A stretch of DNA of 63,796 bases, filler included, from an uncultured bacterium (lineage in GTDB: Bacteria; CAZDME01; JAYEMH01), in NCBI GenBank assembly GCA_964506785.1. It is 5 parts of 5 records of this genome, joined end to end, with 100 filler letters (N's around TTAATTAATTAA, not from the genome) between each part and the next. Parts side by side here need not be neighbours in the genome. Positions count along the whole stretch, not along the records: positions 41,747 to 55,328 come from CAZDME010000040.1; 4 more parts are not named here. The stretch is one strand, 5' to 3'. Positions 41,899 to 52,283 of the stretch are shown in pieces. The translations under genes and the position numbers were made by a program. Under the pieces are notes generated by a model. The model ran no database searches. It was not told the DNA's origin and saw only the letters and a program-made list of their open reading frames with translations. Numbering within the stretch: position 1 is the stretch's first letter; the number at the start of each line of letters is the position of its first letter.

Positions 41899-44580
41899 TC
41901 AATACGTCAAAGCTTTAAAACTTTCCTCTAATTTATCGAGCTTTTGTTTAAGCTGGGACTCAAAGATTTTATTTTTTTCAATAACACCCTTGGGCGCCCG
42001 CTGTAAAAAATCCTTGTTCAAGAGCCGCGTCTGCACCTGCAAAAAGTTATTTTTCACTCTGGCGATTTCTTTTTTTAATCTTGCCTTTTCCTTTTGCATA
42101 TCAATCAATCCTGCCAGAGGCAGAAAAATCTCCAGTTTCCCGACTACCGCGGTCGCAGAGGGCTTGGGTTTATCAATTTCGTTTTTCACCACCAAATCTT
42201 TTATTTTAGCCAAATTCTTTAAAATCCGGCTGTTATTCAGTAAAATATTTCGAGAGGCAGAAACGGGCGCTCGAATCAAAACTTTTATTTCCCGGCTAGG
42301 GGAGATATTTATCTCTCCTCTAATGTTCCTTATGGCGGTAATTACGCTAATCAACAACGCCATATTTTTTTCGGCACCCGGATTAGTAAATTGACGCCTC
42401 TTTTTCGGCCAAGAAACGGCCATAATACTTTCTCCCGGGACTGAAAGTTTCTGCCAAATTTCTTCCGTGATAAAAGGGATAAAGGGGTGCAGCAAACGCA
42501 ACGATGTTTCTAAAACATGGTGAAGTATTGTTTGCGTAATTTTTCGATGCCCTTTCTCCTCCAAGTAAATTTTGGAAATCTCGACATACCAATCGCAGAA
42601 TTCATGCCAGAGAAAATTATACACGGTGAAAGCCGCCTCATTAAAGCGATAATTTTGAAGTGAAGCCTCTACCCTGCCAATGATTTTTTCCAGACGGCTG
42701 ATAATCCAGGCATCAGAAAGATTGAACTTTTCGATTTTAAAATCCTCCCGGGTAAACTGGTAATTTTCCAGATTTCTCAAAGTAAAACGGGAAAGATTCC
42801 AGATTTTATTGGCAAAATTCCTGCCCATCTCAAACTTAGTTTCGGAAAGAAGGACATCCTGTCCTTCGCTGGTCAAAGTAATCAGACTGAATCGGACGGC
42901 ATCGGTGCCAAAACGATTAATCATGTCCAAAGGATCTATGCCGTTTCCTAAAGATTTACTCATTTTTCTGCCCAGCCCATCTAAAATCGTCCCGTGGATA
43001 TAAACCTGCCGGAACGGGACAGCTCTCATAAACTCTAAACCCATCATAATCATCCGGGCAACCCAAAAGAAAATTATTCCCCGGTCAGTTACCAAAACCG
43101 AAGTAGGATAGAAATAATTCAGGCCTTTCGTTTTCTTCGGCCAACCCAGGGTAGAAAACGGCCAGAGGGCTGAAGAAAACCAGGTATCCAAAACATCTTC
43201 ATCCTGATAAATATCCTTTGATTTGCAAACCGGGCATCTATCCGGTTTCGTCCGGGAAACAATAATTCCTTTTTTATTATCTTTTGATTCCTCCTCTGCC
43301 TTATCCTGGCAACGGCGGCAATAATAAACCGGTAATCGATGACCCCACCAAATCTGCCGGGAAATACACCAATCTTTTATTTCCTGCATCCAGGAAAGAT
43401 AAAATTTTTCCCAGCGTGAGGGGAAAAAACAAATCTTTTTTGATTTTACGGCGTTTACTGCCGGCCTGGCTAATTTTTTCATCTTGACAAACCACTGCAG
43501 CGAAAGCACCGGCTCAACCGCTGTACGGCAGCGATAACATCTTCCGATAGCATGAGAATAATTTTCTTCCTTAGATAAAAGTCCGGTTTTTGCTAAATCC
43601 TCCAATACCTTCCGGCGGCATTCTTCCCGGGTCAATCCCTGATAGGCCATACCGGCCTCACCAGTCATTTTCGCCCGACTATCAATGACTACCGGTGCAT
43701 CCAGTTTATAACGCTGGCCAACTAAAAAATCAGCGGCATCATGAGCCGGGGTTATTTTAACCGCTCCGGTGCCAAATTTCCGGTTGACAAAATCATCGGC
43801 CAAAACCGGGATTTCACGTTTTTTTAAAGGAAGCATAACCATCCGGCCAACTGCATTTTTATACCGCTTATCTTTAGGATGAACGGCTACGGCCGTATCA
43901 CCCAGGATGGTTTCTGGACGGGTAGTAGCCACAACAATAAATTCGTCCCGGGCATCTTTAAAGGGATATTTTACATAATAAAGGCTGCCTTTTTCTTCAG
44001 TATAGTCTACCTCAATATCAGAAAGGGCAGTGAGACATCGCGGGCACCAATTAATGATATACCTGCCCCGGTAGATATACCCCTTTCTGTAAAGATGGAT
44101 AAATGCCTCTTTAACCGCTTCCGACAAACCCTCATCCAGAGTAAATCTTTCCCTGGCCCAATCACAGGAAGACCCTAATTTTTTAAGCTGCTTAATAATC
44201 GTCCGGCCATATTCGTTCCTCCACTGCCAAACCTTTTTAATAAAAGCCGGCCTGCCCATCTGGTGGCGGCTCTTCTTTTTTTTCTGTAATTCTTTTTCAA
44301 CGACATTCTGGGTGGCAATCCCGGCATGGTCTGTTCCCGGAAGCCAGAGGGCCGATTTTCCTTTCATTCTCTGCCAACGAATAAGAATATCCTGAATGGT
44401 GTTATTCAGAGCGTGCCCCATATGAAGTTCACCGGTAATATTCGGCGGCGGGATAACAATGGTATAGGCTTTCTTTTTTCTATCAATACGAGCATTAAAA
44501 AAACCATTCTTCTCCCAAAAGCGATACCATTTATCTTCTACTTCTTTGGGGTTATATTGCGGCGGCAGTTCCTTTAGCAT
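41899..44580 (-). CDS. valS: Valyl-tRNA synthetase
   Basis: PPPNITGELHMGH, DWCISRQIWWGH, KMSKS, C-terminal coiled coil. Confidence 0.99.
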   Translation of the reverse strand: MLKELPPQYNPKEVEDKWYRFWEKNGFFNARIDRKKKAYTIVIPPPNITGELHMGHALNNTIQDILIRWQRMKGKSALWLPGTDHAGIATQNVVEKELQKKKKSRHQMGRPAFIKKVWQWRNEYGRTIIKQLKKLGSSCDWARERFTLDEGLSEAVKEAFIHLYRKGYIYRGRYIINWCPRCLTALSDIEVDYTEEKGSLYYVKYPFKDARDEFIVVATTRPETILGDTAVAVHPKDKRYKNAVGRMVMLPLKKREIPVLADDFVNRKFGTGAVKITPAHDAADFLVGQRYKLDAPVVIDSRAKMTGEAGMAYQGLTREECRRKVLEDLAKTGLLSKEENYSHAIGRCYRCRTAVEPVLSLQWFVKMKKLARPAVNAVKSKKICFFPSRWEKFYLSWMQEIKDWCISRQIWWGHRLPVYYCRRCQDKAEEESKDNKKGIIVSRTKPDRCPVCKSKDIYQDEDVLDTWFSSALWPFSTLGWPKKTKGLNYFYPTSVLVTDRGIIFFWVARMIMMGLEFMRAVPFRQVYIHGTILDGLGRKMSKSLGNGIDPLDMINRFGTDAVRFSLITLTSEGQDVLLSETKFEMGRNFANKIWNLSRFTLRNLENYQFTREDFKIEKFNLSDAWIISRLEKIIGRVEASLQNYRFNEAAFTVYNFLWHEFCDWYVEISKIYLEEKGHRKITQTILHHVLETSLRLLHPFIPFITEEIWQKLSVPGESIMAVSWPKKRRQFTNPGAEKNMALLISVITAIRNIRGEINISPSREIKVLIRAPVSASRNILLNNSRILKNLAKIKDLVVKNEIDKPKPSATAVVGKLEIFLPLAGLIDMQKEKARLKKEIARVKNNFLQVQTRLLNKDFLQRAPKGVIEKNKIFESQLKQKLDKLEESFKALTY

Positions 44581-45517
44581 TATCTTTTTCCTTCTTCTTC
44601 TTCTCTATATATCTAGCGGCGGATAGAGCGGCAATGGTCCCTTCAGCACAGGCCACATCCACCTGCTTTAATTCTTTTTCCCGAACATCACCGACGGCAT
44701 ATATCCCGGTTAAAGAGGTCTCCATCTTTTCATTCGTAATAATGTAGCCTGATTCATTTAATTTAATCAAATCTCCCAGAAATTTAGAATTTGGCAAAAA
44801 TCCGACGTAGATAAAAACTCCGGAGACCTCGATATCCTTTTTTATGATTGAGCCCTTGTCCTGCACAGTAATCGAGGTAACAACATCTTTGCCGTTTATA
44901 GAAACAGGAATATGGTTTAAAAAAAGTTTTATTTTTTTGTTCCTTTTTAATTCTTCCTGTAAAATCTTAGCGGCCCGCAGTTCCTGGCGGCGGTGGACCA
45001 AAATTATCTGCCGGGCAAACCTGGTTAATGATAATGCTTCCTCTGCCGCCGCATCCCCGCCTCCGATGACAGCAATATCCTTGCCTCTATAGAGAGGACC
45101 GTCACAAATTCCGCAGTACGAAACACCTTTACCGGCATATTCCTTCTCGCCGGGAATATTCAAATTCCTGGGAATAGCACCAGAGGCGATAATGACCGCA
45201 TAAGCAGTAAATCTTTCTTTATCTGTGCGTATTTCTATAGCATCCCCTTCCGGAATAATTTTTTTTACTTCCTTCAATTCGATAATTTCAACACCGAACT
45301 TCTCTGCCTGCTTTTTAAAACGGGCCATTAAATCCGGCCCTTCGATGCCTTCCGGGAAACCGGGATAGTTCTCGATAAATTCGGTTGCCGCAGCCGCGCC
45401 TCCAACCAATCCCTTTTCCAATAATAAGGTTTTTATCCTTTCTCTGGCGGCATAAATAGCGGCCGTCAATCCTCCGGGACCGCCGCCGATAATTATTAAG
45501 TCGTACTCAGTCATCAA
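44552..45517 (-). CDS. trxB: Thioredoxin reductase
   Basis: GGGPGG, GVSYCGICDG, GGGDAA.EEA, VHRR, AVGDV. Confidence 0.93.
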   Translation of the reverse strand: MMTEYDLIIIGGGPGGLTAAIYAARERIKTLLLEKGLVGGAAAATEFIENYPGFPEGIEGPDLMARFKKQAEKFGVEIIELKEVKKIIPEGDAIEIRTDKERFTAYAVIIASGAIPRNLNIPGEKEYAGKGVSYCGICDGPLYRGKDIAVIGGGDAAAEEALSLTRFARQIILVHRRQELRAAKILQEELKRNKKIKLFLNHIPVSINGKDVVTSITVQDKGSIIKKDIEVSGVFIYVGFLPNSKFLGDLIKLNESGYIITNEKMETSLTGIYAVGDVREKELKQVDVACAEGTIAALSAARYIEKKKKEKDNAKGTAAAI

Positions 45518-45583
45518 AAAGTTCCCTTTTCCCAGTAAACAACGCCAAAATAGTAACGAGATTTATGAGAAATGAAAAGAAGT

Positions 45584-46114
45584 TTACTTTCTTGCCTTTC
45601 TCATATAGGCAATATAGGGCAGATTGCGGTAACACTGCCGATAATCCAACCCATATCCAACTAGAAATTTATCCGGCACCTCAAAACCAACATAATCTAT
45701 ATTTATCGGGATCTTCCGGCAATCTTTTTTATCCAGGAGGCTGCAAATTTTGATACTCCGGGGCTTTAATTCCTTCAGAAAACTTACCAGTTTCCTGGTA
45801 GTAGCGCCGGTATCAACGATATCTTCAACAATAACTAAATCCTCGCCTTTTATTTTCCCCTCCGCTAATGAAACAATTTTACTCTTTTGGGAACTGGTAG
45901 TCCCTTTCCCATAACTTGATACTTTTATAAATTCGACCCTAATCGGCATGGTCAATTTACGGGACAAATCGGCCATAAAAATCGAAGCGCCATTAAGAAC
46001 GCCAATAAGAACCGGAGTTTTCTTTCGATATTCAAAAGAAATAATCCGGGCCAGCTTTTCAACTTTCCATTTTATTCTTTCTTCGTCAATTAAGGTCACT
46101 AACGTCTCTTTCAT
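45584..46114 (-). CDS. hpt: Hypoxanthine phosphoribosyltransferase
   Basis: VSSYG, VEDIVDTGAT, FLVGYGLDY, YRNLPYI. Confidence 0.95.
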   Translation of the reverse strand: MKETLVTLIDEERIKWKVEKLARIISFEYRKKTPVLIGVLNGASIFMADLSRKLTMPIRVEFIKVSSYGKGTTSSQKSKIVSLAEGKIKGEDLVIVEDIVDTGATTRKLVSFLKELKPRSIKICSLLDKKDCRKIPINIDYVGFEVPDKFLVGYGLDYRQCYRNLPYIAYMRKARK

Positions 46115-46584
46115 TTATCCTCCAAAAGAGCAACGGCAAAAGCAGCTACTCCTTCTCCTCTACCCAAAAAACCTAATTTTTCCTGAGTGGTTGCCTTAAT
46201 GTTAATTATCTTTTCGGTAATCTTCAAGGTTTCGGCAATATTGGTTTTCATCCCCTCGATATAGGCTGAAACTTTCGGCGCTTCGATAACTATCGTCGCG
46301 TCAATATTGCCAATCTTTAACTCTCTGTGCTTAAGCTTGTCTCTGACCTTTCCTAAAATCAAACGGCTGGAGATATTTTCATATTTCGGATCCGTATCAG
46401 GAAAATTCTTTCCCAAATCACCTAAAGCGGCTGCCCCCAAGAGCGCATCAGCTAAAGCATGCAGCAGGACATCGGCATCGGAATAGCCTTTTAAGCCCCG
46501 TGCAAAAGGAATCTCTACGCCGCCTAAGATCAGCTTTCTCCCTTTTACCAAAGGATGAACGTCATAGCCGAAACCAATTTTCAT
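46111..46584 (-). CDS. ispF: 2-C-methyl-D-erythritol 2,4-cyclodiphosphate synthase
   Basis: IGFGYDVH, SDADVLLHA, KATT.E.LGF.GRGEG. Confidence 0.97.
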   Translation of the reverse strand: MKIGFGYDVHPLVKGRKLILGGVEIPFARGLKGYSDADVLLHALADALLGAAALGDLGKNFPDTDPKYENISSRLILGKVRDKLKHRELKIGNIDATIVIEAPKVSAYIEGMKTNIAETLKITEKIINIKATTQEKLGFLGRGEGVAAFAVALLEDK

Positions 46585-46668
46585 AATTGCGCAGTCACTT
46601 TCTATTCGGTCGTCGTTATCGGTCGAAAAGCTGCTTAGCTGAAAATTAAATAACAGAAACCGGAAAAA

Positions 46669-47349
46669 TTACATCCGGGATTTTAATATTGCCTCAGCCA
46701 AAATCAAATCAAGCGGAGTGGTAATTTTAATATTCTCTTTAGAGCCATCGATTACCTTAACAGGATGCCCCAGATACTCCACCAGTTCAGCATCATCAGT
46801 CCCGTAATAATCATCGAGCTTTGCTTTTTCATGAGCAGAAAGGAGAAGCTCCTTCCGATAGCCCTGAGGTGTTTGAACGGCCCAAAGAGCCCTGCGCCTC
46901 AAGGTTTTCACCACTTCTTTTTTTTTGTCCAATTCTTTAATCGTGTCTTGGCAGGGAACAGCCGGAACTACCGCCCCAAAAGATTCAGCCTCCTTAATCA
47001 CCTCATTAATTAACTCTTTCCTGACTAAAGGCCGCACTCCATCATGAACCAAAACTATTCCTGAACGAGGAGAAATTTCTTTCAATCCGCGGGCAACCGA
47101 ATCCTGCCTTTTTTCTCCTCCGAGCACCACCTTTTTTAACTTCATTGAAAAATCGGAAAGCAGTTTTTTTATCTGTCCTGCCTGGCTTTGATGGATAACT
47201 AAAATTATCTCATCTACCAAAGATTCCTCAAAAAAGACCGAAAGCGTGCGAATTATTACCGGCTTCAACCCTAACATCAGATACGGCTTGGCAATCGAAC
47301 CTTTGAATCTTTTACTTTCTCCGGCGGCAACAATAATTACACTTACCAA
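46669..47349 (-). CDS. ispD: 2-C-methyl-D-erythritol 4-phosphate cytidylyltransferase
   Basis: AAGESKR, RQDSV, VHDGVRP, VQTPQ, NIKITTP.D. Confidence 0.97.
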   Translation of the reverse strand: MVSVIIVAAGESKRFKGSIAKPYLMLGLKPVIIRTLSVFFEESLVDEIILVIHQSQAGQIKKLLSDFSMKLKKVVLGGEKRQDSVARGLKEISPRSGIVLVHDGVRPLVRKELINEVIKEAESFGAVVPAVPCQDTIKELDKKKEVVKTLRRRALWAVQTPQGYRKELLLSAHEKAKLDDYYGTDDAELVEYLGHPVKVIDGSKENIKITTPLDLILAEAILKSRM

Positions 47350-47368
47350 AATACCGTTCCTTTATAAA

Positions 47369-48370
47369 TCAACGATACTCGTTACGAAACCGGCCAAAAA
47401 TCATCCGGCCAGCTGAAGTTTGAAGAACACTGGTAACCACAATCTCGACTGTCTGACCCAGACGGCTCTTTCCTTCTTCAATAACAATCATCGTCCCATC
47501 GTCCAGATAAGCGACACCTTGATTAAATTCTTTTCCCTCTTTTATCACTTTTACCTTCATTACCTCGCCGGGTAAGACCACCGGTTTAAGCGCATTGGCC
47601 AGTTCATTCATATTCAAAACCTTGATATTGTCTAAGTCAGCAACTTTATTTAGATTGTAGTCGTTAGTAAAAATCTTGGCATTGAGGGTTTTCGAAAGCT
47701 TCAAAAGCTTTGCGTCCACCGTATTCAATTCAGGAAAATCCACATCCTGAATCACTACTTTAAACTGTTTGCTTTTTTGCAGTTTCTTTAACACATCTAA
47801 ACCCCTCCGCCCGCGGTTCCTCTTTAAGGTATCGGAAGAATCGGCAATGCCCTGAAGCTCGGCTAAAACAAAACGGGGAATAATTAAAATACCTTCGACA
47901 AATCCGCTTTCACAAATATCCGCAATGCGACCGTCAATTATGACACTGGTGTCTAATATCTTGAAATGGCTTTTTCCTTCTTCTTCCGTCCATTTAAGAA
48001 AGGGAGTAGAAAAACTTAACTCATCTCTTCTTCTGACAACAACCATAATGCCCAGGTAGCACAAGAGAACCGCCAAGACAGGCCTAACGATAGCGACTAA
48101 GACACTAGTGCCGTAAAGAAACGGAAAGGTATGGACGATAAGATTGGCGATTATCAAGCCCAAAACTATTCCGATAATACCGGCAATCAAAGCTTTGGTT
48201 TTTGCCCTGGACAAACCCAGCTCCAAGGCAACGATAAAGACACCGGTAAAAAAACCAATTATTGCGCCGGTAACGGGAGGAAAAGCTTCAAGGCCAATCT
48301 GTACGCTTAAACCGTAACCCGCAGCAATACAAAGCATCATAAAAATAGCCCGGAAAATAAAATAACCCAA
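47369..48370 (-). CDS. YacL-like membrane PIN/TRAM-domain protein
   Basis: N-terminal TMs, ILDTSVIIDGRI, TNDYNLNKVA, YLDDGTMIV, QTSAGRMIF. Confidence 0.92.
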   Translation of the reverse strand: MGYFIFRAIFMMLCIAAGYGLSVQIGLEAFPPVTGAIIGFFTGVFIVALELGLSRAKTKALIAGIIGIVLGLIIANLIVHTFPFLYGTSVLVAIVRPVLAVLLCYLGIMVVVRRRDELSFSTPFLKWTEEEGKSHFKILDTSVIIDGRIADICESGFVEGILIIPRFVLAELQGIADSSDTLKRNRGRRGLDVLKKLQKSKQFKVVIQDVDFPELNTVDAKLLKLSKTLNAKIFTNDYNLNKVADLDNIKVLNMNELANALKPVVLPGEVMKVKVIKEGKEFNQGVAYLDDGTMIVIEEGKSRLGQTVEIVVTSVLQTSAGRMIFGRFRNEYR

Positions 48371-48384
48371 TTAAATTCACCTCC

Positions 48385-49743
48385 TTATTTAAAAACTAGT
48401 TCAATGGCTTGATTGACTGTTTCTACTGGAAAAATATTTATTCTTTTAGACAACTTGGATGAGGTATTTGCTTTAGGCAGAATGATTTTTTTGAAGCCTA
48501 AACGAGCGGCTTCCTTAATTCTTAACTCCGCCTGACGCACTCCTCTTACTTCACCACCCAGCCCGACTTCACCAAAAACAGCCGTATCAGCCGAAATCGG
48601 AGCGTTTTTAAATCCCGAGATGACGGCTAAAATAAGGCCTAAATCAACTGCCGGCTCCTCCACCTTAACCCCGCCAGCAATGTTAATAAAAACATCCTGG
48701 GTGTGAATGTGAAATCCCGCCCTTTTTTCCAAAACAGCTACGAGAAGAAGAAGGCGTTGATAATCGAATCCTTCCGAAGTCCGGCGGGGAAAACCAAAGC
48801 TGGTAGGTGACACCAAGGCCTGCACTTCTATTAACAGTGGACGGCTGCCTTCCAAACAGGCAACGACAATCGAACCGACTTTATCCCGGGAACGCTCTTC
48901 CAGAAAAAATTGCGAAGGGTTCCTAACTTCTCCTAAGCCCTCTTGACTCATTTCAAAAATTCCAATTTCGTTAGTTGAACCGAAACGATTCTTAACGGTT
49001 CGCAGAATTCGAAAACTCGAGTGTTTTTCACCTTCGAAATAAAGCACCGTATCAACAATATGTTCTAAAACCTTTGGCCCGGCCAAAGTCCCTTCCTTGG
49101 TAACATGACCAACGATAAAAATAGGAACGTTCAAAGTCTTGGCAAAATACATCAATTCCGTAGTAACTTCCCTGACTTGACTGATACTGCCCGGAGCGGC
49201 AGACAAAACGGGATTATAAACAATCTGAATGGAATCAACTACGACTAAACTGGGCTTTAGTTTTTCCATGTGGCTCTTGATGTTTTCAAAATTAGTTTCA
49301 GCCAAAAAAAAGAATTCTTCCAATGACCCAATCTTCAGCCGTTCGGCCCGCATCTTCATCTGTTTCAGAGATTCCTCCCCGGAAACATATAAAACCCGGC
49401 CAAACTTTTGAGAAAACTTCGAAGAAATCTGCAATAAAAGCGTGGATTTGCCAATTCCGGGCTCTCCGCCAATTAGAACCAGTGAGCCCGAGACCACACC
49501 GCCACCTAAAATACGGTCAAATTCTTCACAGGTAGTTGTCCGCCTCTCTTCAAGGACAGAATCAATTTCACTAATTCTTTGAGGTTTACTTCCGCTTTTT
49601 ACCAGGCTTTCCTTCAATTGAACTATTTCCTCAACCAAAGTATTCCATTGGTCGCATCCGGGACACCGTCCCAGCCAACGAAGACTTTGATAGCCGCAAT
49701 TCTGACAGATAAACCTTACCCTGGCTTTATCTTTTAACATCAT
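48385..49743 (-). CDS. radA: DNA repair protein RadA/Sms
   Basis: C4 zinc finger, GEPGIGKST, KNRFG. Confidence 0.98.
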   Translation of the reverse strand: MMLKDKARVRFICQNCGYQSLRWLGRCPGCDQWNTLVEEIVQLKESLVKSGSKPQRISEIDSVLEERRTTTCEEFDRILGGGVVSGSLVLIGGEPGIGKSTLLLQISSKFSQKFGRVLYVSGEESLKQMKMRAERLKIGSLEEFFFLAETNFENIKSHMEKLKPSLVVVDSIQIVYNPVLSAAPGSISQVREVTTELMYFAKTLNVPIFIVGHVTKEGTLAGPKVLEHIVDTVLYFEGEKHSSFRILRTVKNRFGSTNEIGIFEMSQEGLGEVRNPSQFFLEERSRDKVGSIVVACLEGSRPLLIEVQALVSPTSFGFPRRTSEGFDYQRLLLLVAVLEKRAGFHIHTQDVFINIAGGVKVEEPAVDLGLILAVISGFKNAPISADTAVFGEVGLGGEVRGVRQAELRIKEAARLGFKKIILPKANTSSKLSKRINIFPVETVNQAIELVFK

Positions 49744-50627
49744 TTTTCTTCTTCTGTTTTTTCTATCTTCTTTTTGGCCGGTCGCCTATAAGAAGATTTT
49801 TTGGGCTTGCGGAAAAGTTTCCAGGGGTTTTCTTCAAGATCTCTGATAAAAGCGTATAATTCGTCATAAAGCTCTTCTGAACTGACCAATTTCCCAATCG
49901 TTCCCTTTCCCGCATCCACTTTCCCCAGAACGCTTTTAAGAGAAGTCAGAGAATCGGAAAATTTGCCCATCTCGGATTTAAGCGAAGTCGAGATATCCTT
50001 GAAATTAGACACGGTAACCTTTATTTCTTCGCGACTCTCCTGACACATCCCATTGAGCTGAGTAAGCAAGATGTTTAGCTTTGCACTTGATTCATGGGCA
50101 TTTTTTAAAATTTCCTTGATTGTCTCTTTGGCATTTGTTTCCACCACGATGCTATTCAGACAATTGGCGATTCCATCCAATTTCTTCACCATCTCTTCAC
50201 CCATCTTCATGGCTTTTTCAAACCGCACCGGATCCTTACCAACTAAAAGGCCGCCTTCGGAAATTTTAGGAGTATTGGTTGTACCCGGAGCAATTTCGAT
50301 ATATTTTTCGCCCAATAGTCCCATAGTGTTGATAAGAACCTCGGCATCCTGATGAATTTCTACGCCTTTTTTTATCCAAAGAGCCAGCTCCACGCGGGTT
50401 GTTTCTCCTTTTAAAAGTTTTATTTTTTCTACCCTGCCAACCTCAACACCGGCCACCCTGACCGGGGCACCTTTATCCAGGCCTCCGGTATAGTTAAAAA
50501 CCACCTTAAACCGATAACCCTTCTCAAATAGACGAAAATCCCTGACAAAAAGAATCATCACGCAGAGTATGAGGATACCCACCAAAGCAAATATACCAAC
50601 TTTAAATTCAGGAGTTGATTTAGGCAT
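49740..50627 (-). CDS. mlaD: MCE/MlaD-family protein
   Basis: N-terminal TM, GL..GAPVRVAGVEVG, GLLGEKYIEI.PG. Confidence 0.88.
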   Translation of the reverse strand: MPKSTPEFKVGIFALVGILILCVMILFVRDFRLFEKGYRFKVVFNYTGGLDKGAPVRVAGVEVGRVEKIKLLKGETTRVELALWIKKGVEIHQDAEVLINTMGLLGEKYIEIAPGTTNTPKISEGGLLVGKDPVRFEKAMKMGEEMVKKLDGIANCLNSIVVETNAKETIKEILKNAHESSAKLNILLTQLNGMCQESREEIKVTVSNFKDISTSLKSEMGKFSDSLTSLKSVLGKVDAGKGTIGKLVSSEELYDELYAFIRDLEENPWKLFRKPKKSSYRRPAKKKIEKTEEEK

Positions 50628-50717
50628 AGTTTCCCCCTTTATTTAGTATTCCGCCGCCCTTATCCCGGGAAAAAATATCCCGGGAAAGCATAAACATAGG
50701 GAACGGAACACGCTATT

Positions 50718-51467
50718 TTAAGTATGCCCGGCAATGGGCCCATGGGCACTACCGGTAATAAATTGACGAACAACGGGATTTTTTGTGTTTTTAATCTCAT
50801 CGGGAGTGCCAATTTCAATTATTTTTCCCTGATAAAGCATACCGATGCGGTCAGCGATTCTATAAGCACTGCGCATATCATGGGTTACGGCAATAGAAGT
50901 TACCGAAAGCTTGCTGTGCAAATCTAAAATTAAATTATTAATGGCGTCGGCCATAATTGGGTCAACTCCGGTAGTCGGTTCATCATATAAAATCAACTCC
51001 GGATTCATGGCAATAGCCCTGGCTAAACCTACTCTCTTTTTCATTCCACCGCTCAGTTCTGAAGGCATTAAATCTTCGATACTTTCCAGCCCAACTAAAG
51101 CCAGCTTCTCCTTAACCAGGGTATAAATTTGCTCTTTTCCTAAACTTTGGTGCTCAATTAAACCAAAGGCTACATTCTCTCCAACGGTCAGGGAGTCAAA
51201 TAAAGCCGCCCCTTGAAAAAGCATTCCAAAACGCAGACGGAGTGTATTTAAATCCCTTTCTGACATCGTGGTAATATTCCTACCGTCAATCATAATCTCT
51301 CCAGAGTCTGGTTTTAAAATACCTATGATATGCTTAAGGAGGACACTTTTCCCGCAGCCGCTTCGGCCAATTATAACAAAGGTTTCACCTTTGTTTATTT
51401 TGAGGTCCAACTTAGCTAAAACCTTCTTCTTGTCAAAAAATTTAGTAACCTGTCTTATGTCAATCAT
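50718..51467 (-). CDS. mlaF: MlaF-type ABC ATPase
   Basis: GRSGCGKS, FQGAALFDS, LSGGMKKRVGLARA, YDEPTTG.DP. Confidence 0.92.
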   Translation of the reverse strand: MIDIRQVTKFFDKKKVLAKLDLKINKGETFVIIGRSGCGKSVLLKHIIGILKPDSGEIMIDGRNITTMSERDLNTLRLRFGMLFQGAALFDSLTVGENVAFGLIEHQSLGKEQIYTLVKEKLALVGLESIEDLMPSELSGGMKKRVGLARAIAMNPELILYDEPTTGVDPIMADAINNLILDLHSKLSVTSIAVTHDMRSAYRIADRIGMLYQGKIIEIGTPDEIKNTKNPVVRQFITGSAHGPIAGHT

Positions 51468-51510
51468 TTTTTTGCGCTAAAAACTTAACCCTTTAACGTT
51501 ACCCTGTTTA

Positions 51511-52278
51511 TCAAAAAAGCAGCACTGATAAGAAGAAATCAGACACCAGAATCAACATGCAGGAAGCAACAACCGAAATAGTAGTCGCCCGTCCGACTCC
51601 CTCGGCGCCGCCTTGGGCAATAAAACCCCGATAACAACTGACAATGGCAATTATCATTCCAAAGAAGGAGGCCTTTACCAATCCGTTAACGATATCACTG
51701 GGGTCGAGAAACTTAAGATTATCAAGAAAAAAAGTGCCATGGATACCCATCATTTTTACACCGACGAGATACCCGCCAAAAATTCCCGTAAAATCGCTAA
51801 AAACAGTCAAAATAGGCAGAAGGGCCGTGCAGGCAATAAAACGCGGAACAACTAAATATTTCACCGGACTTACGGCCATCGCCTGCAGGGCGTCAACCTG
51901 CTCAGTAACCTTCATCGTTCCAATCTCCGCGGTAATCGCCGCCCCGACCCTGCCCGCTAAAATCAAAGCAGTAAGAACCGGGCCTAATTCTCGCGTCATG
52001 GAAAAACCTACCACGGCCCCAATCCCTGATTCGACCGAAAGCTGGTGAAACTGATAATAGGTCTGAACAACCAAAACCATTCCGGTAAAAGCACCGGTAA
52101 TCAGGACTACCGGAAGACTTTTGATGCCGATTTTTACCATCTGGTCCAGCATATTTTTCTTTTTAAAAGGAGGGGTAACCGTCCAGTAAATTGTCTCGAG
52201 AAAAAGCATGGAAATCCGGCCGAGATTATCGACTGCCTTGAGACAATAACGACCCAAAAAATAAAAAAAATGGAACAT
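51511..52278 (-). CDS. mlaE: MlaE-type ABC permease
   Basis: RELGPVLTA, AEIGTMKVTEQVDAL, GAEGVGRATT. Confidence 0.93.
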   Translation of the reverse strand: MFHFFYFLGRYCLKAVDNLGRISMLFLETIYWTVTPPFKKKNMLDQMVKIGIKSLPVVLITGAFTGMVLVVQTYYQFHQLSVESGIGAVVGFSMTRELGPVLTALILAGRVGAAITAEIGTMKVTEQVDALQAMAVSPVKYLVVPRFIACTALLPILTVFSDFTGIFGGYLVGVKMMGIHGTFFLDNLKFLDPSDIVNGLVKASFFGMIIAIVSCYRGFIAQGGAEGVGRATTISVVASCMLILVSDFFLSVLLF

Positions 52279-52283
52279 ATAAT

